A stretch of DNA of 64,000 bases, from contig OZ024760.1 of assembly GCA_964016885.1 (NCBI GenBank), forward strand, positions 22,258,001 through 22,322,000. The letters run 5' to 3'. This DNA is from Eledone cirrhosa. Lineage: Eukaryota. Under the pieces are notes generated by a model, which had not been told where the DNA came from, did not search any database, and saw only the letters and a list, made by a program, of their open reading frames with translations. Of the stretch, positions 56,057 through 64,000 are shown one piece after another. Within the stretch, counting starts at the first letter, position 1. The number at the start of each line of letters is the position of its first letter. The position numbers were made by a program, and so were the translations under genes.

Positions 56057-56458
56057 TTATATAATATATATATATACGGTAGATATACATACCATACATA
56101 CATGCATACGAGAATCATACACAAACATATATAGACAGACACCACACACACAGCACACAGAAACAGACACACAAATACATACAAACACACGCCATTTTTA
56201 TTTAAGCTTTCTTTTTGTCGTCTTGTACAAAATTCCAATACATAAATTAGGCCTGCTAGGCATCTGAACCGTGCTTATGTTATTTCCAGAGCAATGTTAA
56301 AGATTTTCGAATCAATTAATGAATGTCTAATTATGAATTTGAGGAAATTGATTGTAGAAATGTAGAAATTGATTGAAGGCAGACGACACAAACCGGAAAA
56401 CCATTGTTGCATTTTCTGTGAAAGAATGAATTGTGGATTTCGTCTTAGATTGTTACTT

Positions 56459-56500
<42 letters not shown>

Positions 56501-56522
56501 AGACATGAGATTGATGTATATA

Positions 56523-56580
<58 letters not shown>

Positions 56581-57034
56581 AGTGTGAGCGTGTGTATATA
56601 TATATATATGTATGTGTGTGTGAGTGTTTGTATATATATATATGTGTATGTGTGTGTGAGTGTTTGTATATATATATGTGTATGTGTGTGTGAGTGTTTG
56701 TATATAAATGTATATATATATAACATGAAACAATCATATATATATATATATGAAGAATAATGAAGTTTCGTTTGAATGTATATAGATCTTTAAATGCATA
56801 TATGTGTGTGTATTTATCTATCTATTGATATATATGTATATATATATATATACGTATGTATGTTTGCGCGTGTGTATACGCATGTGTATGTACATATAAA
56901 GAGAAAGAACTTTATGTATACACATATTTACTATGCGTATGTGCACGCCTGCAATGTAATATAATACATTATGATATACGTATATAATTGTATGATATAT
57001 ATACATACATATATATAATATATATATATATGTA

Positions 57035-57730
57035 TATGATACATATACATACATATATATATATATGATACATATACATACATATATATATATATGATAC
57101 ATATACATACATATATATATATATGATACATATACATACATATATATATATATGATACATATACATACATATATATATATATGATACATATACATACATA
57201 TATATATATATGATACATATACATACATATATATATATATGATACATATACATACATATATATATATATGATACATATACATATATATATATATGATACA
57301 TATACATATATATATATATATGATACATATACATATATATATATGATACATATACATACATATATATATATATGATACATATACATATATATATATATGA
57401 TACATATACATATATATATATATGATACATATACATATATATATATATGATACATATACATATATATATATATATGATACATATACATACATATATATAT
57501 ATGATACATATACATACATATATATGATACATATACATACATATATATATATATACATACATATGATACATATACATACATATATATATATATGATACAT
57601 ATACATACATATATATATATATATATGATACATATACATACATATATATGATACATATATGATACATATACATACATATATATGATACATATACATATGT
57701 ATATATGATACACATATATATGATACATAT
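57035..57730. repeat. ~26-32 bp TA-derived minisatellite (tgatacatatacatac(at)n)
   Basis: Seen directly. Confidence 0.9.
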
Positions 57731-57882
57731 ATATATATATATATATATATATGCAAAAGTTTTATTTAAAATTGTTGGGTTACAACAAGTAAATATTTTA
57801 TAACTGATATAAAGCACTCAACAAGTTTTGGAGTAGATATACGATATTAAACAAATGGAAACTATATTTATAAAACCATATC

Positions 57883-57948
57883 TATTTCATTATACATATT
57901 TCAGGGATACCATATTAAAAATATGGCATGCCTTCTTCAGATAAAATA
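57883..57948 (-). ncRNA. Type I hammerhead ribozyme (13948 family)
   Basis: Minus strand: tattttat-CTGAAGA-aggcatgccatatt..aatatggtatccct-GAAA-tatgta-TA^-atgaaata. Confidence 0.8.
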
Positions 57949-58247
57949 CAATATATAAGCAAATAACGAAACGAAATTAAATTTCGTTTCGTTTGTAACT
58001 CACTTTTGTATGACTGACACTTAAACAATTAAGTTAAAAATGTACATCCACATATGTATACTGAAATACTAGTATGCATATGAATACACACACGTGTACA
58101 TATGTAGATGTACCGAGTTTTTCACTGGACACTTTACTGTGAGTGTCCAGCTATTCTGTATGTAAACACACAGACAAACCGGTTTTTAGAGTCATACTGG
58201 TTTTCGAGGAAACACCTTTCCTCTATTCTCCAGAAAGCCAGACAAGG

Positions 58248-58292
58248 AATATTGGACTAGTTTCGATGTTGTTACATCTCATCAGCAATATT
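58248..58292 (-). ncRNA. Type I hammerhead ribozyme (mirror of 58461)
   Basis: tcatcag at 58279-58285; exact reverse complement of 58461-58505. Confidence 0.9.
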
Positions 58293-58460
58293 TACCTATC
58301 TTCCGGCCTTTCTAGAGAATCGTAAAAGCACATATCGTTATATGCTTTTTCTATGAAAATTAGTAGTGGGCAGACTAATCTGCCCACTACTAATTTTCAT
58401 AGAAAAAGCATATAACGATATGTGCTTTTACGATTCTCTAGAAAGGCCGGAAGATAGGTA

Positions 58461-58505
58461 AATATTGCTGATGAGATGTAACAACATCGAAACTAGTCCA
58501 ATATT
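58461..58505 (+). ncRNA. Canonical type I hammerhead ribozyme, GUC cleavage after 58498
   Basis: aatattg-CTGATGA(58468)-gatgt-aaca-acatc-GAAA(58489)-ctag-TC^-caatatt, with distal stem I agaaaggccgga/tctggctttct. Confidence 0.92.
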
Positions 58506-58785
58506 CCTTGTCTGGCTTTCTGGAGAATAGAGGAAAGGTGTTTCCTCGAAAACCAGTATGACTCAAAAAACCGGTTTGTCTGTGTGTTTACATACAGAAT
58601 AGCTGGACACTCACAGTAAAGTGTCCAGTGAAAAACTCGGTACATCTACATATGTACACGTGTGTGTATTCATATGCATACTACTATTTCAGTATACATA
58701 TGTGGATGTACATTTTTATAAATAAATTTGACGTACCATAAATATTGATCAACTTTTATGTAAGAAGTTGGTTTGGTAGTGAGAT

Positions 58786-58852
<67 letters not shown>

Positions 58853-58940
58853 CGTATTTATGCAACTTTGTTTACTTATATGTACCTATAATTGCTTGCA
58901 TCTATGTATGTTTATATATATATATGTAAGATATGTGTGC

Positions 58941-58985
<45 letters not shown>

Positions 58986-59026
58986 CATATATAAGATATG
59001 TGTGCGTATATATACACACACACACA

Positions 59027-59094
<68 letters not shown>

Positions 59095-59241
59095 TATACA
59101 TTTAAATATTTCTATATACATTCAAAAGAAACTTCATTTTTCTTCATACATATATATATATATGATTGTTCTATATAATATATATATATACAAACACTGA
59201 CACACACATACATATACATACGTGTATATACGTGTATATGC

Positions 59242-59293
<52 letters not shown>

Positions 59294-59376
59294 TTATTTA
59301 TATTTCAAGGAAACGACAAAACTGAGATACAAAAGGTCTTATTAGTTTCATGCTTTATATGGAAAAGAGGAAGAAT

Positions 59377-59412
59377 GTTCGACGTTTCAATCTATAGTCC
59401 TTCTTCAGAAGT
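59377..59412 (-). ncRNA. Degenerate minimal hammerhead
   Basis: Minus strand: CTGAAGA-aggactatagatt-GAAA-cg-TC^-gaac; the stems are weak. Confidence 0.45.
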
Positions 59413-59477
59413 ACAAAAAAGAGAGCCAGGATCACAAAGGATATATCTATATATATATATATTTATTGTATAGAAGG

Positions 59478-59528
59478 AGCTTCTACGGGACTAGAACTGT
59501 TTCATTCAGATGAAATCTTCAGGAAGCT
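59478..59528 (-). ncRNA. Type I hammerhead ribozyme (39114 family)
   Basis: Minus strand: agcttc-CTGAAGA-t-ttc-atct-gaa-t-GAAA-cagttctagtcccg-TA^-gaagct. Confidence 0.75.
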
Positions 59529-59643
59529 GGGTGTCATATTAAGTTCTGGTATTTATACATTTAGGTAGTGGTAAGGGAGGTGGCTGGGGGGGGGGGGGGT
59601 TTCTTACTTACTGTGGTTATCCCCGACTCAACCCGGCACCTAC

Positions 59644-59687
<44 letters not shown>

Positions 59688-59854
59688 GTTTATCCCGTCG
59701 TTAATCGGGGCTAGCCACAGTAAGTAACGCACTCAATACATAGCAGAAAATAAATATTTAATATAGATATGGTTTCTACGGGACTAGATGATTTCTCCCT
59801 AATGAAACAGTTCTAGTCCTCTAAAAGCCACACCTATATATTATATATATATAT

Positions 59855-60048
59855 ATAGGAACGAGTAGGACCCCGACGGCTGAGCTCAAGCCGTTTCGAC
59901 GGCTAATTCTGGACAGAATTAGCCGTCGAAACGGCTAGAGCTCAGCCGTTGGGGTCCTACTCGTTCCTATTACCCACTCTACTACCCTAAGTATTGAGTA
60001 CTTTGGTGCGTTATGGTCCACCTGGTTCCTTACCACATTTCCTCCGTT
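59855..60048 (+). mobile_element. GC-rich hairpin cassette family, copy 4 (palindrome 59855-59970)
   Basis: Same family as 22612 and 40220; (TA)n flanks. Confidence 0.9.
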
Positions 60049-60161
60049 ATATATATATATATGTGTGTGTGTGTGTAAAAGGTAAACAGAAATAACAACA
60101 CAATCGGTACAGTATATGGAAGAGATATATTAGGTTAATGCTTGAAATAGCAGGAAAAGGA

Positions 60162-60197
60162 TCTTAACGTTTCGGACGCTAGTTCTTTATCAGAAGA
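60162..60197 (-). ncRNA. Degenerate minimal hammerhead (G8A)
   Basis: Minus strand: tctt-CTGATAA-agaactagcgtcc-GAAA-cg-TT^-aaga. Confidence 0.4.
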
Positions 60198-60668
60198 AAG
60201 AATGAGAAATAAGATAGATTGAGGGGACGGGCGGGATGGAATTGGAGAAAATGTCTTGGAATTGGAGAAAATTCGTTGGATTATGTGATTGGATTTTCAC
60301 CTCGAAACTGTATACCAACCCGGAGTACACCTGAACTCCCACCAGGAAATCTTTCGTGTCTTTGAAATTTTCTTTGCTTCTTATATATACATATATATAC
60401 ATATATATACATATATATATATATATGTTATAGTTGAGACAGTAAACAAAAAACAATAAAAATCAACAAAAAAACAAAACAACAACGTGGAAGCGAAGAT
60501 GCAGTACAAATGTTAATATTAGTTTCACGCTTGAGAGTGAGGTGGTTGGGTGGGTGGGGGACCACGTTTCTTGCATAAGCCCTTCATCAGGAGAAAAGTG
60601 GGCAGGAAAAGAGTACCGAGGGGGGAGTGGTGTAAATACATTTAAAAAGGGGAGGGAGAAGAAAGGGG

Positions 60669-60727
<59 letters not shown>

Positions 60728-61054
60728 TGTGAGGCATGTTTAATCCACCAATAATACCAACGACATTAGCTAAATATCCACCAAGTACACAATCACTTAT
60801 CTCGACGGCGATCATCATTACCACCAGCACGACTAACGACGACACCACCGACACCAACATCACCAACAATAACAACTGCCAACACTACAATCACCTCCAC
60901 CACCACCTCCACCACCAACAACTACACCACCACCACCAACAACAACACCAACAATAACAGTGCCAACATCACCACCAATAAAAACATCAACAACAATAAC
61001 GAGACCCAATCATGAAAGAAAAATCAAAGCTATCACGAGAATAAGAACGAGAAC

Positions 61055-61469
61055 ATGAGAGAGAGAGAGAGAGAGAGAGAGAACGAGAACATTTAGAGAT
61101 CGAGAGAGAGAGACAGAGACAGAGAATGATCGAAAACGGGAGAGAGAGAGAGGAAAAAGAGAGAGAGAAAGAGAGTGAGAGAAAGAGATTGAGAGAGTGA
61201 GAGAAAGAGATTGAGAGAGTGAGAGAAAGAGAGTGAGAGAAAGAGATTGAGAGAGAGAGTGAGAGAAAGAGTGAGAGAGAAAGAGATTGAGAGAAAGAGA
61301 GTGAGAGAAAGAGAGTGAGAGAACGTGACCATGAGAGAGAATGAGAAAGCTAGAATGAGAGAGAAAGAAAAAGAGAGAGAATGAGAAGGAGAGAGCTAGA
61401 AAGAGAGAGGAAGAAAGAGAGAAAGAAAGAGAGAGAGTGTGAGAAGGAGAGAACTAGAAAGAGAGAGAA

Positions 61470-61510
<41 letters not shown>

Positions 61511-62243
61511 AGAGAGAGAAAGATTGAGAGAGAGACAGAAGAGAGAAGAGAGAGAGAGAAAGATTGAGAATGAGAGAGAGAGAAAGAAAGAGAGAACTAG
61601 GAGAAAATTGATGTAGTGAAATATTGGTTGATATTGAGCAAAGGAAAAAAGAGGAGCTTTTCATTTATTTTTTTTTTTTTATGTTTGATCAATCTTGTTT
61701 GATCATCTATGGGGAATGTAGGAGTGTGTGTACAGTGTGGAGGAGCGTGTGTGTGTGTAGGAGTGTGTGTACAGTGTGGAGTAGAGTGTGTGTGGAGGAG
61801 TGTGTGTACGGTGTGGAGGAGAGTGTGTAGGAAAGAGAGAGTGTGTGTGCATGTGTGTAGGTGTGTGTGTGTGTGTGTGTAAGAGTGTATGGGCGAGAGT
61901 GAGAGTGTGTGTGTAGGAGAGTGTGTGTGTGTGTAAGACAGAGAGAGGAAGAGAGAGAAAAAAGAGAGAGGAAGAGAGAGAAAAAAGAGAGAGGAAGAGA
62001 GAGAAAAAAGAGAGAGGAAGGGGAGATAACTGAGGCCACGGGCAGAGTGACAGACAAATAATTAGAGAGAGAGGGGGAGATGTACCGAGATACCATCTAC
62101 AGTGAAAGAGTGACAGAGATTGAGGGAGAGAGTAGGAGAGAGAGAGAGAGTGGGAGGAAGAGAGAGAGAGAGAGAGAGAGAGTGGGAGGAAGAGAGAGAG
62201 AGAGAGGGAGGAAGAGAGAGAGAGAGAGAGAGAGAGAGTGGGA

Positions 62244-62296
<53 letters not shown>

Positions 62297-62590
62297 AGGA
62301 AGAGAGAGAGAGAGAGAGAGTGGGAGGAAGAGAGAAAGAGAGTAGGAGGAAGAGAGAGAGAGAGTGGGAGGAAGAGAGAGAGAGAGTGGGAGGAAGAGAG
62401 AGAGAGAGAGAGTGGGAGGAAGAGAGAGAGAGAGAGAGTGGGAGGAAGAGAGAGAGAGAGAGAGAGTGGGAGGAAGAGAGAGAGAGAGTAGGAGGAAGAG
62501 AGAGAGAGAGTAGGAGGAAGAGAGAGAGAGAGTAGGAGGAAGAGAGAGAGAGTAGGAGGAAGAGAGAGAGAGAGAGGGAGAGAGAAAGTT
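61055..62590. repeat. (GA)n-derived low-complexity region and gtgggaggaa(ga)n minisatellite
   Basis: Seen directly. Confidence 0.9.
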
Positions 62591-62956
62591 TATGTGTACT
62601 GTGTATTGACAAATGTAAATAGACTTTGCAAGTGTTTTAACGTTTGCACAATCATTTTAATCTCTTCAACAAGTCAAGTGGATCCCCTCCTCACACATTC
62701 CTTCATTCCTCTATTCGATCATTCCTTCATTCGACCATTCCTCCATTCGACCATTACTTCATTTCTTTATTCCTCCATTCCTCCGTCACACATTCCAACA
62801 TCATCAACGTACGAAACGTTAAGATTCTTTTCCTACCATATCAAGCGTTAAACTAACATATATATTCATTGTATAGTATTGTTTGTATTTATTGTTTTAC
62901 CTTGATTTCTCGCAGACACACACAAACACACACTTCTATCTATCTATCTATCTATT

Positions 62957-63750
62957 TATAACTCTTCGTACTCCTGGAGATGAGGGTTGCACATTTTTTC
63001 GGGGGTATGTGTTACCCATATGAACTGTCTCCCCCTATTGGGGAAAATCGACTAATTTTTAAAATTGCATTTGTGATAACATTTTACACGTTTTTATTGT
63101 ATGTAAACTTCCCCCTTTGTATTTGTCCCCTTCTTTTGTGGCCTCGTGGCAAATAAATAGAAATCTATCTATAACTCTTCGTACTCCTGGAGATGAGGGT
63201 TGCACATTTTTTCGGGGGTATGTGTTACCCATATGAACTGTCTCCCCCTATTGGGGAAAATCGACTAATTTTTAAAATTGCATTTGTGATAACATTTTAC
63301 ACGTTTTTATTGTATGTAAACTTCCCCCTTTGTATTTGTCCCCTTCTTTTGTGGCCTCGTGGCAAATAAATAGAAATCTATCTATAACTCTTCGTACTCC
63401 TGGAGATGAGGCTTGCACATTTTTTCGGGGGTATGTGTTACCCATATGAACTGTCTCCCCCTATTGGGGAAAATCGACTAATTTTTAAAATTGCATTTGT
63501 GATAACATTTTACACGTTTTTATTGTATGTAAACTTCCCCCTTTGTATTTGTCCCCTTCTTTTGTGCCCCTGTGGCTAATAAAGAAACATATCTATCTAT
63601 AACGTTCTCCCCTAATAGGGATTTCGATTGTATTATTTTATATATAGTTTATTGTTATTGATTAATCTTAAAGATTTTTATGTAAAACCCCCGCCGTCAC
63701 GTCTTATAATGTTACATTGTTGTACGCCCTTGTGGCAAATAAAGAAATTT
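62957..63750 (+). mobile_element. Three tandem 213-bp copies of a Tx1/L1-like 3' end plus a related tail, within (CTAT)n
   Basis: Units start at 62957, 63170 and 63383; they match the reverse complement of 18872-19077. Confidence 0.8.
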
Positions 63751-63871
63751 ATCTCTCTATCTATCTCTCTATCTATCTAGGTCTATCCATCTATCCATCC
63801 ATCTGGGAAACAACAAACACAGTTATAAAAAGTCTTATTTGTTTCACGCTTTATATGGAAAAATGGGAAGA

Positions 63872-64000
63872 AAGTTCGACGAAACAAGTTCGACGAAACA
63901 AGTTCGACGAAACAAGTTCGACGAAACAAGTTCGACGAAACAAGTTCGACGAAACAAGTTCGACGAAATACGTTCGACGAAATAAGTTCGACGAAATACG
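63872..64000. repeat. 14-bp tandem repeat (aagttcgacgaaac), runs off the window end
   Basis: About 9 units visible. Confidence 0.95.

Larger units (their letters stand above)
58035..58718. mobile_element. Near-perfect 684-bp palindrome (340-bp arms, 4-nt loop) with a hammerhead in each arm
   Basis: 58035-58374 is the reverse complement of 58379-58718 with only about 2 mismatches; the loop is ctaa. Confidence 0.95.

Noticed and set aside
60190-60380. Possible PLE GIY-YIG endonuclease C-terminus upstream of the degenerate HHR at 60162
   Set aside because: I could not find GIY-YIG or terminal GLN-type motifs in the frames read, so no autonomous PLE ORF is supported.

Overview
This window is AT-rich, microsatellite-saturated eukaryotic DNA. 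The SINE families look like those of octopus/cephalopod genomes (inference). There is no intact protein-coding gene, and almost all listed ORFs are translations of (TA)n, (CA)n, (GA)n or (GGT)n repeats. Content: two tRNA-derived SINE families in dense clusters, LINE 3' remnants (Tx1/L1-like, Vingi/Ingi-like), DNA-transposon/MITE relics, and minisatellite arrays (85, 121/123, 79, 79, 213, 34, 18 and 14 bp). There is also an interstitial (TTAGGG)7 and a possible two-exon pseudogene fragment at 46.2-46.6 kb. The main hidden signal is about 20 type-I hammerhead ribozyme (HHR) motifs from roughly ten unrelated sequence families, found by eye on both strands. They lie in short ORF-less cassettes embedded in (TA)n tracts, and many form long inverted repeats whose turning point is in or next to the ribozyme. 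Copies show compensatory stem changes and core variants (U3-A8, U4A, a ~115-nt stem II). This fits a population of non-autonomous Penelope-like/retrozyme-like palindromic elements, but activity is untested.
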